A DNA stretch of 50,309 nucleotides from Octopus bimaculoides (GCF_001194135.2 NC_068984.1:77341943-77392251); one strand, 5' to 3'; shown: positions 11,662 to 25,193, counted from the first letter of the stretch. Numbers and translations: made by a program. Notes: generated from the letters alone by a model not told the origin.

Positions 11662-12529
11662 TATACGCATGCAAATACGTGCATTTATGTATATATTTTG
11701 TAATACTATGTGTGTCTTCTCTCTCTTTCTCTCTCTCTCTCTCTCTTTCTCTCCTTCTCTCTTTCTCTCCCTCTCTCTGTAGTTGTGTGTGTTTGCGTGA
11801 GTGCGTGCGTGCACTCACAAAAATCTGCCTTGTTTTTCGAAAGTAAGAAAACTATATTTAAACAGGTTTATGTTCCAAAGTAAATGAAAGAGATGCCAGA
11901 GTTCAAGAAGGTGAGCTACATGTAACCATTCCCCGAGTAAAGACTTTTGATTCCGATATGAAAAAGTTAGTTTAACTAATCTTTATGAAGTAAATTAACG
12001 TGAAAACGTATAATGCATGGACCATTAATAGATTTTATAGAATACAGCGCTAGACATGATTTGGTGATATTTTAAATGCTTCAACCAAAAGTTAGTGTCG
12101 CCATAGCCACAGATAAAATTGAATTTTTCCAATTTAACTACCTTTGGTTGCTTAATTGCACACTAATAAGTAGGCATACTGTTAGAAACATAGAATGATT
12201 CAATGTTATTAGTGTTGTTTAGCACTAAGTCTTCCTTTATTGTGCAGTCATCAGATAAAAGTCGACGGACAACGCGTTTTATTTTTCTCTCTGTTTCGTA
12301 TACAGTTTGTCTGGCAGTGGATTATTCGTGTGTTTCTCTTTTATAAGATTGTAAGATGTATGATTTTAGGCAGTCTTAGCAGCTATTTCTAGCAGACTGA
12401 ATGTCCACGAAGTTGTTTTCTCGTAAAGTTACAAAGATTCAGTATCTTGTTACATATTAGACTTCGCAGTTTTAAATTTAATGAAATACGCTTTAGAGAT
12501 TAGCTCTTTCGAAAGATACGATATGAACG

Positions 12530-12609
<80 letters not shown>

Positions 12610-13686
12610 TGTGTGCTGTTATGTGTGTGTTCTTATATGTTTTTATGTATGCGTGTGAAGGAGTACAATGGGGAAGTTATGTTGGAAAACTAAGACGTCA
12701 TAGTGTACATTTACAACAAGCGATAGTTAGTCTTTCCATGGTTGTGTATATATTGTGAGGGTGTTCTCATGACTTATCTTTCTATCATACAAAATACCTC
12801 TTTCTGTATTATTCCCTGACGCTTCGGATTTTAAATAAACAGCAAGAACGACCGATAGAAATCAATACCTGATTGTTGTTACATTTGCTGTTGTTGTTAC
12901 TCTTGTTGTTGCTGTTGTTGTTCTTGGTTTTTTTTTTATAGTTGTTGCTGTTGTTGTTGTTATGTTGCGTTGGTGGTTCCTGGTGCTGTTTGCTGATACT
13001 GGTTAACATTACTGTGACTGATATTGTTGCTCTTATTGAAAGTGACGGAGTGGCAGAAGTGGAAGTGCAGTGTAGAAAATTCCTTTCAATCATTTAAGTC
13101 TGTCTTTTATCCATTTCTGCCCTCCCTAGGCGCTCAGAACGTAAAAAAGCAGTAACAAATACTATATTTTGTCCAATACACTCTCAAACAATTTCGCCTA
13201 TTCCCTGCTTTGGAATGACACTTTATTTTTGTCGGACCCGGAAAGATGAGAAGTAAAAGTGATCACCTCAGGATTTGAACTCATAATGCTACTTGCTCAA
13301 GCAAATAGTGTATGTTGTAACTAGTCTAATGATTATGTCTATCCGCGGCCCGGTCAAGTACTGGAGTTAGTTTGTAAGCGCATGTACTTCTTTTCCTCCA
13401 TATAAATTTGCACCGCGTTTCTAAACCTACAAGACATTATCATTTATATTGTTTGCAGTGGCAAAATATCAGGAATGGTATAGTAAATTCTTTGCAATTA
13501 TTTAGATAAGTTATTTTATATTCTTAGTTCAAATCATACCGGGGCTGAGTTTTGCCTTTCATGTTCCCATAAAGGAAACAGAGTAGGTGCCAGTCAGTTA
13601 ATGGATGTCGATATATTTAACCAAACCATCCGTTTACAGATATACTGTCTTGTATCTGAGGTAAAACTTTATTATTATGTCGGGGA

Positions 13687-13810
13687 TTCATCATCATGGT
13701 CATCATCGTCATCATCGTCATCATCGTCGTCGTCGTCGTCATCATTGTCGTCGTCGTCGTCATCATCGTCGTCGTCGTCGTCGTCATCATCATCACTATC
13801 ATTATCAGCG
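13687..13810. repeat. (CAT/CGT)n compound trinucleotide repeat
   Basis: Directly visible; explains the poly-S and poly-T/M ORFs. Confidence 0.95.
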
Positions 13811-13937
13811 TATGCAATTTCAGTAGTGATATTCTTCTACTACTATGAGTAGAAGTTGCTGCATCGAAAGAAATGAACACAGTGAGTTGTCATCTGCGTC
13901 CTTCTCACCACGTAGGCGGTTGTGATAAAGTTTGAGA

Positions 13938-13978
<41 letters not shown>

Positions 13979-14878
13979 GGAGAGAAAAAGAGAGAGGAAT
14001 AGAAAGAGAGAAAGATAGGGAGACAGACAGAGAAACTGGCCCCTCTACTTGACTGCGTTATCTAATGCGTGTCATTAATTATTTTCAAGCAGTTGAAGGG
14101 AGATTTGAGGAAGATTTCACCACCTTGCCCGGACTTGTGCCTCGGAGGGGGAATTTCTCGATGCAATCCCATAGTTATTCATAGCCGAAGGGAATCTTTA
14201 CCCTCTTATTCTTTATGTATGCATATGCGTGTGTCTATGTATGTATGTATGTATGTATGTATGTTATCAATCAGTTTCATTTCTGTATTTCTTGTCAATA
14301 GAGAAAGAGCCAGACTCTAACATAGATTCAAGGCTCCTTCATTGAAACTTTTATCAACATCATCTAGGTATTTGTGCATATGTGTGTGTGCAGTATTTGG
14401 TGTTAGTGTTTGCACAGATTTGTATGTTTGTTTTATGGATGCGTTTTTATGTATGTATGTATATATGTGTATATGTGTGTATATATATATATGTGTATAT
14501 ATNNNNNNNNNNNNNNNNNNNNNNNNNNNNNNNNNNNNNNNNNNNNNNNNNNNNNNNNNNNNNNNNNNNNNNNNNNNNNNNNNNNNNNNNNNNNNNNNNN
14601 NNNNNNNNNNNNNNNNNNNNNNNNNNNNNNNNNNNNNNNNNNNNNNNNNNNNNNNNNNNNNNNNNNNNNNNNNNNNNNNNNNNNNNNNNNNNNNNNATAT
14701 ATGTATATATTGTGTGTGTATGCATGTATGTATATATGTGTGATTCACCCAGCTTTACCAATCGACTTTCTAAATAGAGAACAGAAGTAACTATTAATGT
14801 TTTCTCAACAGCTTTTGCCGACGAGTGTCCATATGTTATATATATATATATATATATGTCCATATATTTGTGTGTGTG

Positions 14879-14954
<76 letters not shown>

Positions 14955-16137
14955 CTGTGTGTGTGTCTGTTTCTTTAGAGGTGTTTGTTTATACAGTGAC
15001 CTGACCTGAACTGTTGTAGTCTAGGTTTGTTGTAGCAACAACCCATTCCTCTCATGTTCAGGTGGTCTTACATTTTAGGAATTTTGTTTCATTTTATAAT
15101 TGATATGGTGTATGGCCTATGTACAACTTATAATGATGCATTGTGTTCTCTGTAGTTTGTTGTGGCTTTTCATAGAAATATTAGGAATCTAATCAGAACT
15201 AACATTTGTTTTGGTTATTTACTCCAAATTATACATGTCTGAGTAGATCTATGATCAACGACATTCCATTCATGACTAACCTGTCTTCTTTTTTAGGCAT
15301 AACATTCCTAGGACTGCATTACCCACTATGTCTCTTTTCATGTCATTATATTGTGATCAGATGGAGATTAAGCTGCTAATTTTAGTAGAAGTGACCACGT
15401 AAATGCTTTATTACGTTGTTTAATACAGCATGGAAAACATTAATTTTCAGCATTTAAGACAATTCGTGAGTGTACGGTTGACTGACTGGAGTGCATGATA
15501 GACAAGCCGCAGCAGAAAAGTCCGAAGGATTGGTCCAACCATCGGCATTGTCCTCTATTGCTTCCGTGATATAGATGTTCTATAATTCATCACATGTATG
15601 TATGTATGTATGTATGTATGTATGTATGTATGTATGTATGTTTCTTCTTTGAGCTTTAAGTTCTTGTTAGAGTTCTAGCCGGTCGCTAACAAAGCGACAA
15701 GTTTTTTTGAGTTAAAAGAGTTCTCGGTGTTTTTGAATATGTGGCTGAGTCGGTGTTTTGGTTGAAATGTTAATGCATACAGCCAACTGTTTGCATTTAT
15801 TCACATAAGAATTTCAGATGGAGAACTTTTGAGATGTCTAACAAATCTTCATTGCCACTAATAGATTAAATTTGGCGAATCCGCGTCAGTTTGTTTTGCC
15901 CTTTCTCCGTGAAAGCATGTATTTCTAGGTTTTCTGCAAATTTGTCGGTACATAACTTAATGCATGTATGTATGGATGGATGGATGGATAATGTTTACGA
16001 AACACCCCCATATAAACAGTGGATGATAACTTATATTCTGCTTTCGTTCTACCTCACATTATGGCTTTTACTTGTCATTCTCACGTAACTCACTTTATGC
16101 TTTTGCATTATGCTTTAATTCCCATTTCTTGTTACAG

Positions 16138-16207
16138 ATGTTGGAATATAAACCAAAGACGTGGAATCCTGTGGATTATTAGGGCTCCATTGGTGCTGAT
16201 CATTGTG
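16138..16207 (+). CDS. Internal exon of the same class B1 GPCR: ECL2 'CW' motif and start of TM5
   Basis: Acceptor cccatttcttgttacag and donor gtaagt. 70 nt, phase 2/0, splicing in frame to 5235-5295 (CT|A = Leu): (L)CWNINQRRGILWIIRAPLVLIIV (cf. GLP1R [23 protein letters not shown]). Confidence 0.92.
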
Positions 16208-17513
16208 GTAAGTTCTGATTACTTTCTATAGTCCTTGTTCTTAGTTATGAATTAAACATATTGCTACTTGTGGACCAGTATTTCAACAACAAAGATGAAT
16301 AATGCTAGCTGTAAAGAAAATAAATTAAGCCGACGCTACAAAATAGCCGCAATCCTACGACTGAAACCATTAAAAGAATAAAAGAATACAACATAAGTTC
16401 TTGATTTATTTAAATTATCTCTTCCTAATGAGATAATATAATCGCCTGATAGCGAGAAGAACCAACACCAAATGGAAAAAAGCTATAGTCTCAAAGGTCA
16501 AAACTTTTTCAAGGTTAAGATGCGATAAAAACAACTTGATTGACTGGAAGCAAGAGGACAGTTGTAAAAATGTGCTTCTACTTCAATAAATTTTATCAGC
16601 ACAGCAGGTGTTATGCCTTCTCTCCAGCAGGCGAGATACTTATATGTATTCAAAACGAAAAGTGTGGAACATACTTATGACATAGGCAATTTGCATATTA
16701 TAAATATGAAAATGAGCAAAAAGAAATAATTCAAGGTAGCTAATGGAGTGTATTTGAACAACAAAGACGAATGAACGTATGTTAAAATACGTTAAAATAC
16801 GTGTGTATATGTATATATATATATATATGTGTGTTTGTGTATGTGTGTATGTATGTATATATATATATATATATATGTGTGTNNNNNNNNNNNNNNNNNN
16901 NNNNNNNNNNNNNNNNNNNNNNNNNNNNNNNNNNNNNNNNNNNNNNNNNNNNNNNNNNNNNNNNNNNNNNNNNNNNNNNNNNNNNNNNNNNNNNNNNNNN
17001 NNNNNNNNNNNNNNNNNNNNNNNNNNNNNNNNNNNNNNNNNNNNNNNNNNNNNNNNNNNNNNNNNNNNNNNNNNNNNNNNNNNNNNNNNNNNNNNNNNNN
17101 NNNNNNNNNNNNNNNNNNNNNNNNNNNNNNNNNNNNNNNNNNNNNNNNNNNNNNNNNNNNNNNNNNNNNNNNNNNNNNNNNNNNNNNNNNNNNNNNNNNN
17201 NNNNNNNNNNNNNNNNNNNNNNNNNNNNNNNNNNNNNNNNNNNNNNNNNNNNNNNNNNNNNNNNNNNNNNNNNNNNNNNNNNNNNNNNNNNNNNNNNNNN
17301 NNNNNNNNNNNNNNNNNNNNNNNNNNNNNNNNNNNNNNNNNNNNNNNNNNNNNNNNNNNNNNNNNNNNNNNNNNNNNNNNNNNNNNNNNNNNNNNNNNNN
17401 NNNNNNNNNNNNNNNNNNNNNNNNNNNNNNNNNNNNNNNNNNNNNNNNNNNNNNNNNNNNNNNNNNNNNNNNNNNNNNNNNNNNNNNNNNNNNNNNNNNN
17501 NNNNNNNNNNNNN

Positions 17514-18475
17514 ATGGTTTAAACAATTTCGCAGTGGAGATCTGAGCCTTGAAGATCGTGAGCGTAGTGGTCTTTCTCAATGACGGTCAATTAAAGACCG
17601 TCATTGAGAAAGATCCACGTAAAACCACTCGAGAACTGGCAAAATAACTTCAAGTTAGCCAGGAAACTGCCTGCAACCATTTGCATGCGATCGGAAAATC
17701 AAAAAAGTTTGACAAATAGGTACTACACGATTTGAATGAAAATCAGAAAATGTCCAGATATGAAATTTACTCGTTGCTTCTTTTCCGTAACCAGACCGAT
17801 CGATTTCTCGACCGTATTGTAACTTGCGATGAAAAGTGGACTCTGTACAATAATAAAAACCTTCTTCGCAGTGGTTGGACCAAAATGAAGCACCGAAAAC
17901 CTTCCCTAAACCCGAAGTCTTCAAAAAGAAGGTTGTGACGACTGTCTAGTGGTGTACTGCTGGACTCATCCACTATAACTTCTTAAGACTCAGAAAAATC
18001 ATTACTGCAGAAACATATTGCCATGAAATTGCTAAAATGAGCGAAAGACTGTTGATCTTCTGTCCCAGGCTGGTGAACAGAAGAGAGCCAATCATTCTTC
18101 ATGGCAATGTTCGACTACACGTTTCACTAATGACACTCCAAAAGTTGGGGGAACTTGGCTACGAAGTTCTTTCCTACTCAACTTATTCCCTAGATCCTTT
18201 CTCCTACCGATTGCCACTTTTTCAAGCACCTTGATGGTTTCCTGTGAGAGAAGGAGTTCAAAAATCAAACCGATGCTGAAAGAGCGTTGAAAGAGTTCAC
18301 CATCTCCAGAACTCCAGATTTTATGTTACCGGAATAATCAAACTTTTAACTCGTTGGCAAAAATGTGTTGATTGTAATGGTACTTACTCAGATGAATAAA
18401 ATTTCCGGATTGCTGAAATATTTCGTGAGGAATTTCATGTTTCAAAACGTTACTTACTTTGTACTCAGCCTGATA
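17514..18475 (+). mobile_element. Mariner transposon fossil (Hsmar1-like TIR), 5' end lost in a gap
   Basis: WFKQFRSGDLSLEDRERSG, K*VLHDLNENQK (WVPHEL), IVTCDEKW (first D), HGNVRLH (HDNARPH), YSLDP..DCHFFKHL, RWQKCVDCNGTYSDE*. The right end, reverse-complemented, reads TATCAGGCTGAGTACAAAGTAAGTAACG, resembling the mariner TIR. Confidence 0.95.
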
Positions 18476-20059
18476 GTATTGGTAGCTCTTCTATGTTTAA
18501 GTCCTGTCAAAGTTACCTTCGTCTTTCATCATTTTAGAACCGATAAAATTAGTACCAGTGGATAGCAGGGATCAGCTTAATCGAGTGTCCCCACTTTTAC
18601 GAAACGAGTGGCCTTGTGGCCATGTTAGAACTAATCTATAAAATTATGCTGCTACGGTCAAGTTAAATAATACTTATCTATTGTACAAAATCGAAGATAT
18701 AATCTATTACACACACAACATATATTTAAGACTGATAAACTATGAAACCTAATGATAAACTATGTAATTATTGGAGACTCAGTGGGATAGCTATTGTGCT
18801 TCATTCATTGGAAATATAAGTTCCAGGTATACGAAAATAGTATAAAATTAAAGACGTAATACAATGTATTGAGGATTGTTAGAGTTGCCACTGTAATCAT
18901 AGTGTAGAATGATATTGTACACATATTATGTTTTCTATTTCATTCCAACGTTAAAATTGTTTCAGGCGTTTACTTTTTACATTGATCAATAATTTTCAAT
19001 AGTTTAATTATAATGTCACCGTGGAGAAGGCAATGAAAATTATATTCTTTTTGTTATGCTTTGCTGTTTGCTTCATAGACAAGTTTATATAGCTCTTTCT
19101 GGAGTGCGTTCACTTCTTGACGCAAAAGATAAGAACAATAGATAACGGCCCTCAAGATAGTAAATGTTACAACAAAGAACAGCGTTTTCAAAGATGTTTT
19201 CTCCGAAGACTGCACCTTCAGTACAGCCTATAGGGAAGGTACACAATCACTACAATCAGACTCTTTAGAAGAATATTATTTCAAAAGAAATTATATATTT
19301 CATGCTTCACTTTAAACTTCTAATAATCTTATGGTTTTCAAAATAGAATGGAATTTCCAAGAGTATTGTTACTTATTATTCATTTATTCATGTTATATCA
19401 TCTAAAGATTTTGTTTTTCATATATTTATGCCAGATTCTTAGCTTGGATTTCGAGATATTTTTTAATATCCTAGAGTTGCTTACCTTTGTTTAGGAATTC
19501 TACTTTATTTAATCATATCTAAATAGAGTTTGGAGGACAGCGAATTGATAGAGTGGTTAGAATATTGTATAAGATGTCTTGTGGTGTTTGTTCTGACTCC
19601 CCGAGCTCAAATCCACCGAAGCCAACCTTACTTTTATTCCCTTTCGTGGGTGGATAAGACGTTCCAATTCAAGATGGGTGATCGGCTGATCTGTTAGAGA
19701 TTCGGGGGGGAGATGTCATGCGATATTTCTATGGGTCTTTGTATTCTGACAACAATGCCTGCTACAATATCATTACCATGACCATTCGGCCCAAGACCGC
19801 GGGCTTTTCTGCAGTTAAAGATAGAATGTGACGTAGAGAAGAGAAACGAACATGCAGGGACAACTACAAGTCCGTTGCAAAATATATTTCCGAAACCTGC
19901 TCATACCTAAGATATTCAAGTGTAAAAAAATGATGGACAGGCACTTTGTTGGAATATGATCAAGCAGTCCTATGATTGAAAGCAGTCCAGTCGAGGTTGT
20001 TGTTGTTGTTGTTGACTGGGATCTTCCAGTCAACACTAACAGAAGGATCCAAGCTATTC

Positions 20060-20577
20060 GACGAACATATAATTAATGAAGACAGGGAAGAAAACACTTG
20101 TAGACTAATAGATGTAAGTGTTCCCACTGATAAAAATTATATATATATATATCCGTAAAGGAATTTGACAAATTAAGTAAATATAAGGACCTGGAAATTG
20201 AAATACAAAAGATGTGGCATCTTAAGGCTAGAACTGTTCCTGTTGTTGTAGGTGCCCTAGGTATGATAGGTAAAAAAGGGATGTCAGAAATATCTAGATA
20301 AGATCCCAGGAGAACCATGTCTCAGAGAAATCCAGAAGATTGTTCCGACAAGTACTGCCCTCATCCCTAGAAAAACTCTATCCATTTAAATATCGGTGTT
20401 GTATTACATGAAGATATTTCGCTACTGCATCTGCCACTTTCCCTCCCCAAGCTTTTAGTCAAACTGTAACATCTCTTATCCGTCACTCGTCCCAGGGCGC
20501 TGGGTGTGTCTCGGCAAGTGATTGTAACAAACATGCAGATTAAAAGTAAAAACCGATAATAATAATAATAATAATAA
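20060..20577 (+). mobile_element. R4/Dong-clade LINE 3' end (RLE endonuclease, 3'UTR, (AAT)n tail)
   Basis: DREENTCRLIDVSVPTDKN, then a (TA)n insertion, then SVKEFDKLSKYKDLEIEIQKMWHLKARTVPVVVGALGMI..KGCQKYLDKIPGEPCLREIQKIV...RKTLSI* (stop 20387-20389). Confidence 0.9.
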
Positions 20578-20602
20578 NNNNNNNNNNTAAAAGTAAAAAC
20601 CG

Positions 20603-20642
<40 letters not shown>

Positions 20643-20643
<1 letters not shown>

Positions 20644-20850
20644 CTTTTCTACTCTAGGCACAAGGCCTGACATTTTTGGGGAGGAAGGGCCAATCGATTA
20701 GATCGATCCCAGTATGCAACTGGTACTTAATTTATCGACCCCGAAAGGATAAAAGGAAAAGTCGACCTCGGTGGAATTTGAACTCAGAACATAAAGACAG
20801 ACGAAATACCGCTAAGCATTTTGCCCGGCGTGCTAACGTTTCTGCCAGCA
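20643..20850 (-). mobile_element. SINE family C, tail-to-tail with the R4 fragment
   Basis: CTTTTCTACTCTAGGCACAAGGCC tail, CCCGAAAGGATAAAAGGAAAAGTCGACCTCGG core, tRNA head. Confidence 0.85.
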
Positions 20851-21754
20851 CACTGCGTTGCAGTTGCTCAATATTTTACTGCTGAAGAAAGATTGTAAGT
20901 GATAAAGATTAGTTTAACGACAGTGTTTGTGCTGGTACTTCTTTTTCAAATTTGTGATGACTCGAATCTATAGCGTTTTGAACAACACATACACAACTCC
21001 CAAGATTTCAGTTAGCTTCCTGCAGAGGATAGCAGATCTCACAACAGTAAGCAGCGGTAGCACTATAAAACTAATTCGTGGAGTGGTAGATTCTGGTTTT
21101 CACGGCTAATAGCTTTAAATGATTCGAAGTTGAGAAAAATCGATATGCCGAATTTAAAAGAATATAAATTCAGAAACTTGAAAGTTTGATACTCTTATAA
21201 CATCCAAGTAGCAATTCTTCTCGATATCAACACATGCCAGCCTTTGACTGAAGTGTTATCTACTCATTGTACGATATCATTTTTAACATAGTTACAATGG
21301 TCTTTGCTTTTCGGCTCTAGTTGATTTTGAACCGCCTAACGCGTGTCTATTTGATTCACTTATCTGTTTCCTTTCTATCACCCATTATTTGCATGCATAT
21401 TCCTGGACTCCATACTAACCACTTTCTTCTCAATGCCTTCTCCTTGAAATATCAGCCTTTGCAATTCCTTCTTTGTCCATGTTCCCCTGCGGCTTTTCAA
21501 GATTTAATGCTACCGTGTTAAGCACCACTCTTGTACTAGCGTATATTTTTTCACTGACTGTTCCCGCTCCCAAAACATATCGCTTTTGTCTATATTTATT
21601 AATGTCATTAATATAGCCATTGTGAGTGACAATCGTTAATTTTGTTTGATAGATCATCGGATATAACAAGATAAGGTATTTAGAAGGTATTTAGTTGCGT
21701 CCCTTTACTTTTAAATATCAGATCAATTTAATATTAATATACTGTTCGTAGAGA

Positions 21755-21960
21755 TTGGTGGATTGGCAAATTCATTAGAACGTCAGACAAAATGCTTTCC
21801 TGTACTTCTTTCTTTTGGTTCGTTACATTCTGACTTCAAATCCCTCCGAGTTGACATAACATTTCATCCTTTTACGGATCAATAAAATAATGTAACAGTC
21901 AAGTGGTGGAGCCGATGTAACCGAATGTCCTTCGCCCTTCATTTAGGCGTGAAACAAAAA
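21755..21960 (+). mobile_element. SINE family C, diverged
   Basis: GGTGGATTGGCAAA head, TTCAAATCCCTCCGAG, CATCCTTTTACGGATCAATAAAATAA core. Confidence 0.65.
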
Positions 21961-22836
21961 TTACTTGTGAGGCTTTGTGCCTATGTTAAACACAATATAC
22001 AGTTGATTTCTTACTGCAGCAAAAAGTGAAAGTTTGTGAGAAAATATTGATGATTTAATTCTTCTAAACACCTTTACTACGGTTGCCGGAGGGTATAATA
22101 CAAATTCGACTCTGAGTGGGTTAAATTCAAAATATTTAAGATACTACTAGATTAAACTTTTCCTGCAGTAACTTCTGACCCTCAACGCCGCATCTCATCG
22201 CATAAGATAGCGTTAAGTTTCTCATAAAAACAGTAAAGACTGAGATTTGAACATTGATTACAAATGACAGACACTAGTTTAATCAACCATCAGTTGTCGC
22301 CGCTTCTCCACGCATCTTGTAACATAGTATCAAGTTAAGCATAAAAGTGAAGCTCAACATTTTTCAATTTCAAATAAAAAGAAAGAAGACAAAGAAATAA
22401 AAAAAAATATAAAGAATGTTTTAAAATATCTATTAGTTGTACATGCAGCTACGCTTAGGCATAAAATAGCTAAATTATTTTATTTCCGGTCTAGGAATCT
22501 TGGTTAACGATTTCTTTTTTATTCGTTTTCTTTTCCTTTTTAAATTATTTCAAAGCAGTCGACCATTTTAATAGGGATTTTTCTGACATTCTTTTATTCA
22601 GCAAAAATATATAGAAATAGAAATTCTGATCAATAATCACAGCTTTGTTTTCTTCTTTACTTCTTCCTTTGTAATAGGTTGTGTGACGTTTTGAGGCTTC
22701 TTTCTGGTTTTTCTATTTTCAAGTAAAATCCTGTTGATTAGTAATTTTCGTTAGGTTTCTTTTCTGCGACTATTAAATTTAGTTTCCGTTCCTAGCATAT
22801 TTAAACACAGGCAGACAAATACAACTATTTGACGAT

Positions 22837-22838
22837 CC

Positions 22839-22897
<59 letters not shown>

Positions 22898-22980
22898 CAT
22901 CTATCTATCTATCTGTCTGTCTGTCTATCTGTGTGTCTCTGTCTGTCTGTATGTCTCTCTCTCTCTCTCTCTCTCTAAAT
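22837..22980. repeat. (TCTA)n/(TCTG)n/(TC)n compound microsatellite
   Basis: Directly visible. Confidence 0.95.
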
Positions 22981-23859
22981 GTATATATATATATATATAT
23001 ACATATATNNNNNNNNNNNNNNNNNNNNNNNNNNNNNNNNNNNNNNNNNNNNNNNNNNNNNNNNNNNNNNNNNNNNNNNNNNNNNNNNNNNNNNNNNNNN
23101 NNNNNNNNNNNNNNNNNNNNNNNNNNNNNNNNNNNNNNNNNNNNNNNNNNNNNNNNNNNNNNNNNNNNNNNNNNNNNNNNNNNNNNNNNNNNNNNNNNNN
23201 NNNNNNNNNNNNNNNNNNNNNNNNNNNNNNNNNNNNNNNNNNNNNNNNNNNNNNNNNNNNNNNNNNNNNNNNNNNNNNNNNNNNNNNNNNNNNNNNNNNN
23301 NNNNNNNNNNNNNNNNNNNNNNNNNNNNNNNNNNNNNNNNNNNNNNNNNNNNNNNNNNNNNNNNNNNNNNNNNNNNNNNNNNNNNNNNNNNNNNNNNNNN
23401 NNNNNNNNNNNNNNNNNNNNNNNNNNNNNNNNNNNNNNNNNNNNNNNNNNNNNNNNNNNNNNNNNNNNNNNNNNNNNNNNNNNNNNNNNNNNNNNNNNNN
23501 NNNNNNNNNNNNNNNNNNNNNNNNNNNNNNNNNNNNNNNNNNNNNNNNNNNNNNNNNNNNNNNNNNNNNNNNNNNNNNNNNNNNNNNNNNNNNNNNNNNN
23601 NNNNNNNNNNNNNNNNNNNNNNNNNNNNNNNNNNNNNNNNNNNNNNNNNNNNNNNNNNNNNNNNNNNNNNNNNNNNNNNNNNNNNNNNNNNNNNNNNNNN
23701 NNNNNNNNNNNNNNNNNNNNNNNNNNNNNNNNNNNNNNNNNNNNNNNNNNNNNNNNNNNNNNNNNNNNNNNNNNNNNNNNNNNNNNNNNNNNNNNNNNNN
23801 NNNNNNNNNNNNNNNNNNNNNNNNNNNNNNNNNNNNNTATATATATATATATATATGTT

Positions 23860-24815
23860 ATCGACCCTATCATATCACTGACTCCTTCACCTGCACTTCT
23901 AACAACATCACCTACTGCATCGCCTGCTCTCTCTTTCCTTCTTTATACATTGATCAATCGGGACGCCGCTTAACTGACCGGTTCGCGGAACACCTCCGAG
24001 ACATCCGACTAGGCAACGACACCTCGGTCTCGCGCCATTTCCTCAGTACCGGTCACTCTTAACAACATCTGACTGTGTTCGGATTATATATGCACAGGGG
24101 CCATCCGGACACCCGTCTTCGCCGTGAGCAGAGATTAATCTCTCTTCGCTCCTTTGCACCACAAGGGGTCAACTCTCCTCCCCTCTTCATCTAATCTTCC
24201 TCTCACACTTATTTCCTCCCACTCACCTCTCCTCTCTAGCTCTGGCACCTACTTCCTCTCTTCACTCCTACTCACCTTCTCCCTTCCACCCACTCCCTTC
24301 ATCGTCATCCCCTCCCTCGTTACCCCATTCCCTCGTTACCCCTCCTTCGTTACCTACACATTCGAACACCACCATCCCTATAATTCCATCCCACCCCCAC
24401 TCTCGCCTTCCCTACACTCCAACACCACCACACCACACACCACCATACTATACGACACCACATCACACCACCACGCACACACTTGCAATGACAACTTCCC
24501 AGCACCCACACCAGCACACACATTAGCACTAACCACTTCCCAGCACCTACATCATCATCCACACACCTACACATGCACACACGCACACGTCAATGTCACC
24601 AGCCCTCTTCCACACGCACATACACGCTCTCACATACACACGCACGCGCACCTTCATTTTGGGATCACCACTACATATTATCTCCTCTTCTTCCTAGCTC
24701 TCCTGTGTGAGCCCTCCGTCCGGCATTCGCCATGATAGATCGCTAACCACTAAACTCTTTTCTGTTTTCTCTCCCTGTTTATTTCTGTGTTCCTTTCTGT
24801 CGAAGAGCGTGGGCT
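23860..24815 (+). mobile_element. PLE 3' portion (Neptune/Poseidon-type GIY-YIG and C-rich 3'UTR)
   Basis: RPYHITDSFTCTSNNITYCIACSLFPSLYIDQSGRRLTDRFAEHLRDIRLGNDTSVSRHFLSTGHS*...RLRREQRLIS..FAPQGVN (23860-24193). A pyrimidine/CA-rich UTR follows, then a truncated hammerhead-like TCGAAGAGCGTGGGCT at the gap edge. Confidence 0.88.
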
Positions 24816-25193
24816 NNNNNNNNNNNNNNNNNNNNNNNNNNNNNNNNNNNNNNNNNNNNNNNNNNNNNNNNNNNNNNNNNNNNNNNNNNNNNNNNNNNNN
24901 NNNNNNNNNNNNNNNNNNNNNNNNNNNNNNNNNNNNNNNNNNNNNNNNNNNNNNNNNNNNNNNNNNNNNNNNNNNNNNNNNNNNNNNNNNNNNNNNNNNN
25001 NNNNNNNNNNNNNNNNNNNNNNNNNNNNNNNNNNNNNNNNNNNNNNNNNNNNNNNNNNNNNNNNNNNNNNNNNNNNNNNNNNNNNNNNNNNNNNNNATAT
25101 ATATATATGTGTGTGTGTGTGTATATGTATACATTGATATATATATATATATATATATATCTGTAAAAATATGTGACCTTATTCGGTAGCCAT

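Noticed and set aside
20540-20643. Direct repeat TAAAAGTAAAAACCGATAATAAT on both sides of a 10-N gap, resembling a TSD
   Set aside because: Most likely overlapping contig ends left unmerged at a microsatellite (assembly artefact).
19435-21750. Candidates for the next GPCR exon (LDFEIFFNILELL at ~19435; INLILIYCS* at ~21722)
   Set aside because: Both hit stops early and lack the NFxxFxNIxRVLxxKL pattern with a donor; the true exon is probably in a gap or beyond the window.
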